Below are positions 30,487 to 40,506 of a stretch of 64,000 nucleotides of DNA, piece after piece. Source of the DNA: Naegleria gruberi (taxonomy: Eukaryota); NCBI GenBank assembly GCA_000004985.1, contig GG738919.1; one strand, given 5' to 3'. The notes below the pieces were generated by a model, which was given only the letters and a program-made list of their open reading frames with translations, did not search any database and was not told the origin of the DNA. The position numbers were made by a program, and so were the translations under genes. Each line of letters begins with the position of its first letter. Position 1 is the first letter of the stretch.

Positions 30487-31610
30487 ATGGCCGTTCGTTT
30501 GCTGTTGAGTGATTTTACTGATCGTGATCATCATTATGATTTCACTCTGGAAAATATGCTCACCCGAAAACTCATGTTCCGATTTGATCTCAAGTTAATT
30601 CCGAAGAGTTTCATCTGTCCATTTTCTACAAAGCGATCATCATCAATTAATGATTTTAATCTCAATGTAATTATTTAATTATATTTAACTATAATTTAAA
30701 AATTTAATATTTAATATAAATATTTATAATAATATATTAATTAAATGGTATTCAACTTAAGAATACGGAATTAAAATTTAAAAAACCAGTCGATGTAAAA
30801 TTCTCTCCTCAATTTCAATGTCTCATCATTTCCGATGAGAATGGACTCTATTTTCTCAATCATAAGAATGCAAGTTTGATGAAATTTGTGGCGGGAAAAG
30901 ATTTTGGAAGTTTGTGTGTTGATTATTGTGCTTCTGATTGTGGAAAATCAAAGGATTATTTGATTGTTACGACACAGTTCATTACTACTCAGATTAGAAA
31001 GTATGATTTGGAGAAGATATTGTTTCATTTCAATGATCAATTGTGGAGGAGTGGTTTCGAATGGAGCAATTCTCAATTGTGTAGAATGAGTGGAATTGCC
31101 TTTTCGAGGAGGAATGCAAAGAGTGGATCTTTGTTTGTTTCAGATTGGACTTATTGTTACATGTTAAATGCAGGAAATGGAAAAGTAGTGACAAGATTTC
31201 ATATATTCGATAGCTCTCTACAATACGAAATGAGAAGACCCATTCATGGCATTGAGTTTTACAAAGGTAATTTATGGCTTGTGGAGACTACTAATGATAT
31301 TTGCCATATTCATCAATTTAAATGGGAAAATAGCAAGTGGAATAATTTCAAAATTCATCAATTTAAATGCAAAGGTGCCACCTGTCGTGATATCAAGGTC
31401 ATTAATGAAAAATACTTGGCAATCAGTGATTCTAAAGGTAGAATTCTCCTCTTTGATTTGGTTGATTTCAAATTCCTTAGAAAGAGTCAAATTACTAGTC
31501 AAGACAAAATTACAATGGATGTAGGTCTGCAAGGAATTTGTTTCAATCCACTTTTAAATGAAATGTATGCATGTGACTTTGAAACTGATAAAGTTCACAT
31601 TATTTTGTGA
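30487..31610 (+). CDS. NHL-like beta-propeller repeat protein, join(30487..30666,30762..31610) with a 95-nt AT-rich intron.
   Basis: The ORF 30876..31610 is open upstream to 30741 without an ATG and remains protein-like (KPVDVKFSPQFQCLIISDENGLYFLN). ORF 30487..30678 ends ..NLN|GTAATT. Acceptor CTTAAG|AAT restores the frame. Confidence 0.55.
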
Positions 31611-31756
31611 TCATTATTCAACAAGTACATTCTCATTGTAAAGCTGTTGTCATTTGACTTTTGATGGACAATTATTATCTCTTTAAGAGTTGTTTAATAC
31701 TACTACTTTATTTTTAGTGATTCGCAGTCAATTCGGTCGCTCAAGTTGTTAAAAAA

Positions 31757-32626
31757 ATGTTAAAACGACACCAAGCAAAGATAATCATTGCCATCACAGC
31801 TTTTGGAATTTTCAGCATTCTTTTTTGCTGTTTCCTGTTCATATCACATTCGAATGGATATTCATTCTTTCGGAAATTCTATCCTATCGATCGCACACGA
31901 ATGATTGTCGTTTCCAAATATACGGAAGATGTTTCATGGCTCGATACCTACCTTCCACACATTCCACATGCAGTCTACGATCGATTAAATCCACAGGCGC
32001 CATACATTGTCCATTCGAATAGAGGACACGAAGGATCCACCTATCTGAAATACATCATTGACCATTATGAAACTCTACCTGAAAATATTGTCTTTGTCCA
32101 TGGCCATAGGATTGCATGGCACTGTCGAGATATGGTCACAATTTTGGAAAATTTACATTGGGGAAAGTTTGATTATGTTTCGTTGAATCCAGCTTATTTT
32201 CAGGTTCTCAATTCGACCAGTAGTGATTATTTGGCTGTGTCCAAGTATTGGCCACGTCTTTTTGAGGACACACTCGGTCAAATGCCTCCTCTCATTAAGG
32301 ATTGGTGTTGTGCCTCATTTCATGTGAAAGGAAAACGAATTAGGAGACATCCAAAGAGTTTCTATCTGAGATTATATGAATGGTTACAATCTGGAGAGGA
32401 GGAAAATTATTGGTCGAGTAGAATTATGGAACATGTTTGGGTTTTGATGTTTGCCTCGAAAACACCTGAACCTGATGTGAATTTGTGTGACATTGCCAAT
32501 TGTAGAAATATTGTGGGACATAGGGCATTTTCATTCAAGACAGTGAATGGTGAATTGAGGGAATTAAATCAATTGGAACAGAAATTGTTGTATTTACAGA
32601 GGAATCCACATATTAAAGATATTTAG
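31757..32626 (+). CDS. Type II membrane protein (N-terminal signal anchor), possible glycosyltransferase-like / DUF-type domain.
   Basis: ATG at 31757. Single N-terminal TM IIIAITAFGIFSILFCCFLFI followed by a globular domain with conserved W/H/C residues. Confidence 0.55.
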   Translation: MLKRHQAKIIIAITAFGIFSILFCCFLFISHSNGYSFFRKFYPIDRTRMIVVSKYTEDVSWLDTYLPHIPHAVYDRLNPQAPYIVHSNRGHEGSTYLKYIIDHYETLPENIVFVHGHRIAWHCRDMVTILENLHWGKFDYVSLNPAYFQVLNSTSSDYLAVSKYWPRLFEDTLGQMPPLIKDWCCASFHVKGKRIRRHPKSFYLRLYEWLQSGEEENYWSSRIMEHVWVLMFASKTPEPDVNLCDIANCRNIVGHRAFSFKTVNGELRELNQLEQKLLYLQRNPHIKDI

Positions 32627-32705
32627 ATCAATAACTTTTCAAGTTAGTGGAACCAAACTGAAGAACCGATGTGCAAGAGTTTACGCAGAGAAGCCCCTTC
32701 TTAGT

Positions 32706-32836
32706 TTTATGAAAGGAATATTTTCATGATGAATAAGATTCCCGTGTAGTCCAATGGCTAGGATACCTGGCTTTCACCCAGGAGGTCCGGGTTCAATTCC
32801 CGGCATGGGAGAATCATTTTACCTTTTCTAAAAATA
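32706..32836 (+). repeat. tRNA-Glu repeat unit with conserved flanks, copy 3.
   Basis: Same flank conservation as copies 1 and 2. Confidence 0.7.
32740..32811 (+). tRNA. tRNA-Glu (TTC), copy 3.
   Basis: Identical 72-nt sequence with the same conserved flanks (GGAATATTTTCATGATGAATAAGAT / GAGAATCATTTTACCTTTTCTAA). Confidence 0.9.
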
Positions 32837-33213
32837 ACAATTAAAGAAATAAGTATTTTCCTTCCACCCAATTCTTTATCTGGAGTTGAAGAATACAATT
32901 ATTTAAGGCTTCATTCTTAAATGTTTCATGCATTTATTAATTTGCAATTTTACACACTCTATCAAGAAATAATTAGAATAAAGCCATGGCTTGGTACAGT
33001 TTCTCAAATGCTTGCTACATAATGTTTAGATATTGCAGGCTCAGTCGCTGCACCACCTTAATAGTGAAGCAACAGTAATCCAATTTTTATGAGAATGAAA
33101 GGTTCTTAATAAAATTATTAGAAGTAAAATCGAAAACCCAAAAACGGAAGGAAGATCATACCCTTAACTTTATTGTTGTGTGAGCCTCGTGCCTTAATAT
33201 AAGTAGATGTAAC

Positions 33214-33287
33214 GCCGTCATAGCTCAGTTGGATAGAGCACAGGACTTCTAATCCTGGGGTCGTGGGTTCGAGCCCCATTGTCGGTA
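33214..33287 (+). tRNA. tRNA-Arg (anticodon TCT).
   Basis: GCCGTCATAGCTCAGTTGGATAGAGCACAGGACTTCTAATCCTGGGGTCGTGGGTTCGAGCCCCATTGTCGGTA. Anticodon loop CTTCTAA, T-arm GTGGGTTCGAGCCCCAT. One T-T mismatch and one G-T in the acceptor stem. A T-run terminator follows. Confidence 0.7.
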
Positions 33288-33486
33288 TCATATTTTTTCT
33301 TAAACACACATGGAGACATGATGTTTAAGAAAATATTGATTGACAATTTTAGCATTTATTAATACCATAAATTACATAAAAGGAAAGTCAATTAAATATA
33401 TTGGAACAAATGAATCGAACAATCTTTTGATTTGTGACTGAACGTCCCGACTATTCATCCTTTCAAAAGCTTACTCATCAAAAAAA

Positions 33487-35329
33487 ATGCACACCACAGC
33501 TGTTTTCGTTCTCTTTCTAATCCTCTCGGTAATTGTTTCGTTTAACACGCAAGGAGTTTCTTCACTCGTTACTCCAAAGCAATCCTATTTCTTGTGGCCA
33601 AACACTACCACAGGTGATGCAACAGTCTTTTTCAAGGTAAGATGATTTTTTCATTCGCTCACAAATATTATTGGAAATATTTAGGATGGCAGTTCGAAAC
33701 CAATTGTCACTTTATGGGTAGGTTACGCTGCCTATGATGATATTGCAGGAGTAAAAACAAGTATTGCCAACATTATCTCTTCAGGTTCCATTCCATACAT
33801 GTAAGTATTTAATTCAATACACTTTACAAGTTTATTAACTATTTAACACAGCCAATCTTACAGTTTTGGTGATAATGGACTTCGTGGGAATTACAATCTC
33901 TCCGTTGAATTTGATAAACAAGTTGCCATTGCCCTTGGATCAAATTTTGCCTTTGTCAACTTGGAAACTGAATGGGATGTCGAAGAAGTTTTGACACTTT
34001 TCCAAACAGCTGAAGGAACTCAATGTTTGAAAGATAGAGTCAACATGTTCAGAACCTATGCTCCTAATACTATCGTTGTGAGCTCTCCTGGATTATGGAA
34101 GTCAACCAGTAGTTATACTTTCTTTTCTTCAATTGATGCTACGTTGAATGCTCGTGCCATTTTGACACATATTGTCAATATTGGAAACACAACATGTTCT
34201 TTGAAATATGATGGTAGTTATTGGACAAGTGGAGCAAATTCATTGAGTGATGCTCTTGTTTTATTGGACGATACCATTACTTCTGATTTGCAAAAGATGA
34301 ATGATGCTTGGGGAACAGTTTCACCAATGGAATGGATTATTGCTGACTCTGGAGTGACTTCATGTGGTTGGGGAGAAAGTGGACAAGCAACAATTTTGAA
34401 TATTCTTGTGAAGGTAAGTTTACAATTTTTTTCACATTGTAATCAAAATTGATTTTCAAAAAAATTTCAATGAACAGAATCTTGATTGTTTATATAAAGG
34501 AGGTTTCAGAGGATTCATCCTACGTAACTCTGGTCCATCCCTCTCTGAACGTGCCATGGGTATCAATAACGAAGGCATGTTCACTTACACAACTTCACCT
34601 TCCTCAGTTACTGTCTTGAACACTGGATTGACAAGAGCAAGGCAATTATTTGTCAATAATCAAACACCTAATTGTGTCCAAGCTGATACTGTCTATACTG
34701 TTACCATTAATTCAAATTCTAATGCTTATTGGGCTCAGATTAGTGTCCTTCCATATTCAACCATTCAAAATGTTACCTTTACATGTTCTGGAATTAGTTC
34801 ATTGTTGGCTACCTCCGCATGGTCTAGTTCTGTCTTTGTAAAGAGTTTGTCTCCAGGGTGTCCATTGGATTCTTCCATAACTGTTACTATAAACGGAAAT
34901 GCCAAAGTGTCAATGAATTTTACAGTGGGAACAAGCGCCACTTCTGCATCATCCTCATCAAATGGAGGAAGTAGTTCTGGAAATAACACAAATACCAATA
35001 ATGGAACTGTCATTAATCCAAGCAATGGAAATAACACCAACACCAATAATGGAACTAGCTCAAATAATGGAACAGTCATTACTCCTACCACTTCCACTGT
35101 AAAACCTACCACCTCAACAGTCGTACCAAAGACTTCATCAACCAATAGTGGAAGTTCCTCATCCAACTCAACCACAAATCCAACAAGCTCAGGAAATTCC
35201 AATAGAAATGGAACTGTAATAAGCTCTGCCAATTCATTCAAGAGTTCCACTAGTGCTCTATTCACTCTCTGTCTACTCTCTTTCCTATTCTTGTTAGACT
35301 TTTCAAAGTTGATATGTGTTAACAATTAA
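33487..35329 (+). CDS. Secreted, probably GPI-anchored Ser/Thr/Asn-rich surface glycoprotein, join(33487..33636,33685..33800,33852..34413,34478..35329). Three introns of 48, 51 and 64 nt.
   Basis: Signal peptide MHTTAVFVLFLILSVIVSF. Donors GTAAGA/GTAAGT/GTAAGT and acceptors TTTAG/CACAG/AACAG keep ORFs 33961..34452 and 34556..35329 in frame. S/T/N-rich stalk (NGTVINPSNGNNTNTNNGTSS...) and a hydrophobic C-terminus typical of a GPI signal. Confidence 0.6.
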
Positions 35330-35539
35330 CAACTTTACAAAGTTAGTAAAGTTAATTGACTGAATTTTTATCAACCTCTTTTTTATTCATGAAAATGGAA
35401 ATTTCTGAGCAATTTCGAAAACAAAACAGAAATGACCTTTTATCTATAAACTTGTTGAATGCAAATTAATGAATTTATGAATCAAATAATTAAATAATTT
35501 CAACAATTTGAATAAAAATTTAAAAATTCAAAAAAAAAA

Positions 35540-36556
35540 ATGTCCAATAAACTCTTATCCAATCTTCCACCACTTCCATCACTCCGAGAAATTCTCAAAA
35601 TGTATGGCCTTCAAGCCAGTAAACAACTCTCACAAAACTTTTTATTAAATCTTCATGTAACGGATAAAATTGTGCGAGTATGTGGTGATATTTCTAATAA
35701 GACTGTGATTGAAATTGGACCTGGACCAGGTTGTTTAACCCGATCGATTCTTCAGGCTAATCCTAAACGATTAATTGTTGTTGAGAAGGATGAACGATTT
35801 ATGCCTGCTCTTCAAAATCTTCAACAAAGTGTGGATGATGGTAAAATGCATATTGTTCAAGGAGATATATTAAAAGTGGATCAATTTAAATTAGTGGATC
35901 ACTTTTTGGAGAAGGATGAAAAGGTTTTAAAGAATTCGGATGAATTGGCCAATGTAGTATTTATTGGTAATTTACCTTTCGGAATTGCAACACCATTATT
36001 GATTAATTGGTTGAAGGATTGTGCTAATGGAACTGGTGCTTTTGCATTTGGAAAGAAAATTCCGATGGTTTTAATGTTTCAAAAGGAGGTTGGATTGAGA
36101 ATGAGTGCAAAAAATTCTACAAAGGAATTTGGTAGACTTTCAGTTTCTTCACAGAGTGTGTGTGATGTTGAACACATGTTTGTAGTGAATGCCAAGAGTT
36201 TCGTACCTGCTCCTAAAGTGGATGCAAGTGTAATGAGATTGATACCAAAGACAACACCACTCATTGATAATTCACTCGTTCAATTTGAGGATTTGGAACA
36301 ATTTTGTAGAATTATTTTCAATGGTAAACGTAAACAATTGAATACTAATTTGAGTTCATACTTTTCTCCCAAGCAATGTGCTTATATTGCTGCAGGTGCA
36401 GTTGAGGGTGGTTCAAAGAATATGGATAGTGTCAATGCTGTTCTTTCACAACGTTCTCAAGACTTGACAGTTGAGGAAATTACTTCAATGGCCAGAAGAT
36501 TTGTCAGACTGCGTGAAAGTGATCCAGCTATTAAGGATTTATTAAAGAGAGCTTAA
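35540..36556 (+). CDS. TFB1M: Mitochondrial rRNA adenine dimethyltransferase / mitochondrial transcription factor B1 (KsgA/Dim1 family).
   Basis: LPPLPSLREILKMYGLQASKQLSQNFLLNLHVTDKIVRVCGDISNKTVIEIGPGPGCLTRSIL aligns closely with human TFB1M (LPPLPTIREIIKL..AKQLSQNFLLDLRLTDKIV, GPGPGGITRSIL). Confidence 0.85.
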   Translation: MSNKLLSNLPPLPSLREILKMYGLQASKQLSQNFLLNLHVTDKIVRVCGDISNKTVIEIGPGPGCLTRSILQANPKRLIVVEKDERFMPALQNLQQSVDDGKMHIVQGDILKVDQFKLVDHFLEKDEKVLKNSDELANVVFIGNLPFGIATPLLINWLKDCANGTGAFAFGKKIPMVLMFQKEVGLRMSAKNSTKEFGRLSVSSQSVCDVEHMFVVNAKSFVPAPKVDASVMRLIPKTTPLIDNSLVQFEDLEQFCRIIFNGKRKQLNTNLSSYFSPKQCAYIAAGAVEGGSKNMDSVNAVLSQRSQDLTVEEITSMARRFVRLRESDPAIKDLLKRA

Positions 36557-36701
36557 ATTGTTTCCTTCTAAATATTGTTTCAATGAGTGCAAAAAGTTAT
36601 GAAAAAGGAAAGATTCATGATAATCTCTAGCCTTAAAATTATTGAAATATTTCACAAATTAAAAATAAATATTTATAATAGTATTATTAATATAAATTAA
36701 T

Positions 36702-37709
36702 TTATTCCTCGTCTAATCCAACTTCTGGAGTATCTTCCATGCTCAAATATTGTCTATCCAATTGATATAACCTCACATAACCGTCTTCTCCTCCAGAGGC
36801 ATATGATTTACCATCTGGTGAAAATGCCAAAAAGTGGATTGGACCAAAGTGACCTCTAACAGTTCCTATTTCTTCTTCAAAAACTTGATGGAAAAAGTGA
36901 GTATCGAAATATGTTTGCTTCTTAACAGTAGTTGTAACATCTTGAGCAGCTGTACCACCACCCAAAATTACGTGGCGTTTGATTGGTGAAATGGCAGCAG
37001 TGTTGACTGGATCAGAGTGTTTATAGACCTTAAGGAGTTCCAGTGTTTGACTTTCAAAGAGTTTAGCAGTTTTATCGGTAGAAGCAGACATGAAAAGCAT
37101 TCTATCCTTTGAGAATGACAATCTAACAACAGTATGAGTGTGTTCTCTAGTTGATCCTAATTGCTTACCACTCTCGGCATCGAATGTTCTAATAGTACCA
37201 TCATCAAATCCACAAATAATGGTCTTGTTCAAAGGTCCCCAAGCAGCAGATGTAATTTTATCCTTTTGTTCAATTTTTCTTGATGGAATTAATTTTCCAC
37301 TTCTAGATTCCGTTCCTTCTTCTGGGAGTTTAAAGATTTGAATGGATGGAGTTTGTTTGAATGAAGAGTCGGTAACGGCAAGGAATTGTTTATCACCTTC
37401 ACTGAATTGAACAACCTTTGTTGGTGTAGCAAAATCTACAGATAATAATTGAGCACCAGTTTGAACATCCCACAAGGTAACCTTCATATCAGCGGAAGCA
37501 CACAACAATCTAGTACAAGCAGCATTAACATCAATACAATTGACAGCACCGCTATGTTTAAAGGTACCAAGCAATTGTCCATTGTGAGTATACCACACTG
37601 AAACACTTTGGTCTTTTGATGATGCGAACAACAAATCGCCTTCTCTGCTATATTTTAACCAAGAAATTGGTTTCAAGTGAACGTGGAGATTCAAAGGTTT
37701 GATGGTCAT
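36702..37709 (-). CDS. EIF3I: Eukaryotic translation initiation factor 3 subunit I (WD40).
   Basis: YSREGDLLFASSKDQSVSVWY, LWDVQTG, TSAAWGPL, DKTAKLFESQTLELLK, VRGHFGPIHFLAFSPDGKSYASGGEDGYVRLY. Collinear with human EIF3I. Confidence 0.9.
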   Translation of the reverse strand: MTIKPLNLHVHLKPISWLKYSREGDLLFASSKDQSVSVWYTHNGQLLGTFKHSGAVNCIDVNAACTRLLCASADMKVTLWDVQTGAQLLSVDFATPTKVVQFSEGDKQFLAVTDSSFKQTPSIQIFKLPEEGTESRSGKLIPSRKIEQKDKITSAAWGPLNKTIICGFDDGTIRTFDAESGKQLGSTREHTHTVVRLSFSKDRMLFMSASTDKTAKLFESQTLELLKVYKHSDPVNTAAISPIKRHVILGGGTAAQDVTTTVKKQTYFDTHFFHQVFEEEIGTVRGHFGPIHFLAFSPDGKSYASGGEDGYVRLYQLDRQYLSMEDTPEVGLDEE

Positions 37710-38258
37710 TTTTTATCTTCTTCAAATTTTTAATAATAAATTAATAATTTTGAATAAATTTTATTGAATCATTTCTTCTAAAGCCTTTCTAGCTTGCTTT
37801 CTGGGAATATTCATCAACTCTGAAAAGAACAAATTGTAGGGTTGGATGTGATAAGAATAGAGTGTAAGCTTGTTTCTATATTTTGCTTTAAATCAATAAT
37901 GAAATTGAATTATTATTTGTTTTTGGATTGTATTGATGAATAAAGCGATCAAAGAAGGCAAACCTACCAGTAGCAAGACGTCATTTAGATTATCGGTACT
38001 ACCTTCCGTAATTCATCACAGCAGCTGGATTGTCATCACGAATAAACTATTATAAGAACATCTTCATAAGCTGGCTGTTGAAACCCATGATGATGTCATT
38101 GCGATTTTACCCTTAAATTTTGTTAGTTGCAAATTTTTCAATTTTTAAATTATTTAAAAAAAACAACAACACATCATCCACAAACTTTACTTGTTGGTAG
38201 TATTATCGGAGTTGTGATTTATTAAACCTGAACAGAAAAAAACTTGTACAAATAGAAG

Positions 38259-40295
38259 ATGATTGATAATTTTACAATTCTTACAAAAGGAGGATTGGTA
38301 CTTTATAGTTTTACTGGATTTGCATTGAATGGAAATCCTATCAATGAATTAATTCGATCAGTATTGTTGGAAGATCGTCTCTCCGATAAGACATTTAACT
38401 ATCAAAATGAATATTTGCTGACATGGCTTCAAGAAAATGAATTTGATCTTATTTTCGTAGTTGTTCATCAAATTGCAATTCAAATTACATTTATTGATAC
38501 TCTCTTGGAAAATATTAAAAACAAATTCACTTCAACATTTAAGAAAGTACTTCAAGATGCTAAAGGAAAAGGAAAGGGTATGTCAGTCCTCAGTGAACAC
38601 GAATTTTCCTTTGATAAGGAATTTACAAAGATTTTGAACAATCTTGAAGAAAGATCGCGAGAAGAAAAACAATTGCAAAAGGAAGGTTTGCTCATCAGAC
38701 AATATAGAAAGAAGGACGACGAAAAGAAGGATGAATCGACAAATAATGAAGAGGAAAAGAAAAAGACAACCTTTATTGAAAAGCAAATTCAAAAAGGTGA
38801 AGAAATGCTCCAAACAAGTTCACCAAAACAAATGTCCAAATATGAAAAGAAGAAGGATAAGAAAGCAGCCACACCAACCACCACCCAAATCGAAGAAAGT
38901 GATTCGGAAGAGGAGGATGATGAAGCTCAAACACCAAAATCAGCCACAGAAATGAATGAAAATGTTAAGGCCAATATTGAACAAATGAAGAAACGTTTCG
39001 GAAAATTCAAGGGAGTCAACATGGCAAAGAAGGGTTCCAAGAAGAATGTTACAGAACCATCCACTCCTGAAGATGAAAATTCCATCCCAACAGTTCAAAT
39101 GAAGGAAAAGCCAAAGAAGGTTGCCACCAACTGGGATCAATTTGATACCACCTACACTAAGAAGAAGGCCGAAAATATTGACTTTTCAAAGAAGACAAAA
39201 ACTGGTGATGAAAATGGCTCACCAGAAGATGATCTTCAACGTCACAAGGAAAAGTACATGCCAAATCCAAATCAAATGACTGATATTGATGCCGATATTT
39301 ATGATTCAAGCAGTGAAGAAGAAGAGGAAATTGATGAAAAACCAAAGAAGGGTAACATTTTCTCTACCTTCTTCTCCAATTTGACTAATGGTAGAACTCT
39401 TACAAAGGAAGATCTTGATCCTGTCATGGAAGATTTCAAACAATCACTCATGAAGAAGAACGTTGCTCAAGAAATTGCAGTTAGCATTTGTGATTCAGTC
39501 TCTGAAAATTTGGTTGGTAAAAAGTTGGGTACCTTCTCCTCCATTAAGAGTGAAGTCACTAAGGCTATGGAAGAAGCCCTCACAAGAATCTTGACTCCAA
39601 GCAGAACTATTAACATTCTCAAGGAAGCCTCAACTGTCAGAGAACAAGGCAGACCATATGTTATTGTCATGTGTGGTGTCAATGGTGTTGGTAAGAGTAC
39701 CACCTTGTCAAAGATTTGCTATTGGTTACTTCAAAAGGAATTCTCTTGTTTGATTGCTGCTTGTGATACTTTTAGATCTGGTGCTGTTGAACAACTTCAA
39801 GTCCATGCTAGATGTTTGAATGTACCAGTATTCCAAAAGGGTTATGGTAAGAATGCTGCCTCTCTTGCTAAGGAAGCTATCAACCATGCAAAGAAGAATG
39901 GTTTTGATATTGTACTTGTAGATACAGCTGGTAGAATGCAAGATAACGAACCATTGATGAAATCTCTCATTGAATTGATTCAAGTCAATACTCCAGATCT
40001 TGTCTTGTTCGTTGGTGAAGCTCTCGTTGGTAATGACGGTATTGACCAATTGCAAAAGTTCAACTCTTCACTCAAGGTTTTGGCTAGCTCTGAAAATGCT
40101 GCCACCAAGCAAACTAAGGATTTAATTGATGGTATCGTCTTGACCAAGTTTGATACTATTGATGAGAAGGTGGGAGCTGCAGTTTCAATGGTTCACAAAA
40201 CTGGTCACCCAATTGTATTTGTTGGTGTTGGTCAAACTTATACCGATTTGAGAACACTCAAGGTTGAATCAGTAGTGAAATCCCTCCTTAAATAA
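38259..40295 (+). CDS. SRPRA: Signal recognition particle receptor subunit alpha (SRX domain, charged linker, NG GTPase domain).
   Basis: VIVMCGVNGVGKSTTLSKI, DTFRSGAVEQL, DTAGRMQDN, LTKFDTIDEKVGAAVSMVHKTGHPIVFVGVGQ. Confidence 0.9.
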   Translation: MIDNFTILTKGGLVLYSFTGFALNGNPINELIRSVLLEDRLSDKTFNYQNEYLLTWLQENEFDLIFVVVHQIAIQITFIDTLLENIKNKFTSTFKKVLQDAKGKGKGMSVLSEHEFSFDKEFTKILNNLEERSREEKQLQKEGLLIRQYRKKDDEKKDESTNNEEEKKKTTFIEKQIQKGEEMLQTSSPKQMSKYEKKKDKKAATPTTTQIEESDSEEEDDEAQTPKSATEMNENVKANIEQMKKRFGKFKGVNMAKKGSKKNVTEPSTPEDENSIPTVQMKEKPKKVATNWDQFDTTYTKKKAENIDFSKKTKTGDENGSPEDDLQRHKEKYMPNPNQMTDIDADIYDSSSEEEEEIDEKPKKGNIFSTFFSNLTNGRTLTKEDLDPVMEDFKQSLMKKNVAQEIAVSICDSVSENLVGKKLGTFSSIKSEVTKAMEEALTRILTPSRTINILKEASTVREQGRPYVIVMCGVNGVGKSTTLSKICYWLLQKEFSCLIAACDTFRSGAVEQLQVHARCLNVPVFQKGYGKNAASLAKEAINHAKKNGFDIVLVDTAGRMQDNEPLMKSLIELIQVNTPDLVLFVGEALVGNDGIDQLQKFNSSLKVLASSENAATKQTKDLIDGIVLTKFDTIDEKVGAAVSMVHKTGHPIVFVGVGQTYTDLRTLKVESVVKSLLK

Positions 40296-40506
40296 TGTAA
40301 ATAAAATTAGTGATGGATTGAGTTGTGCATGATTAATTGAATGAGAAACTTTCTGAAATTTTATTAATTCCAAAGAAAATGCAAGTTTACAATTTCAGAA
40401 CCTTCATGATGAACTCTCCTATTTTTATCATTTTGTTCAACTCCAAGTTGGAAAAAATATCATAACATAAAGACTCAATATCACGTCACAACCCCAATAT
40501 TTCAAG

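Noticed and set aside
12280-32836. tRNA-Glu units as a tRNA-derived SINE or mobile element carrying the kinase gene.
   Set aside because: Shared sequence is limited to about 35 nt 5' and 25 nt 3' of an intact, presumably functional tRNA. There is no body, tail or target-site duplication. Promoter/terminator conservation and gene duplication suffice.
33118-33309. ORF-track entries overlapping tRNA genes (33118..33309, 54547..54753, 7906..8100).
   Set aside because: They are translations of tRNA sequence or its antisense (for example ..GSIPGRR.. from the TPsiC arm). Not protein-coding.
34765-35325. Minus-strand 186-aa ORF overlapping the Ser/Thr-rich stalk.
   Set aside because: Antisense of the repetitive S/T/N-rich coding region. 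Compositional artefact.
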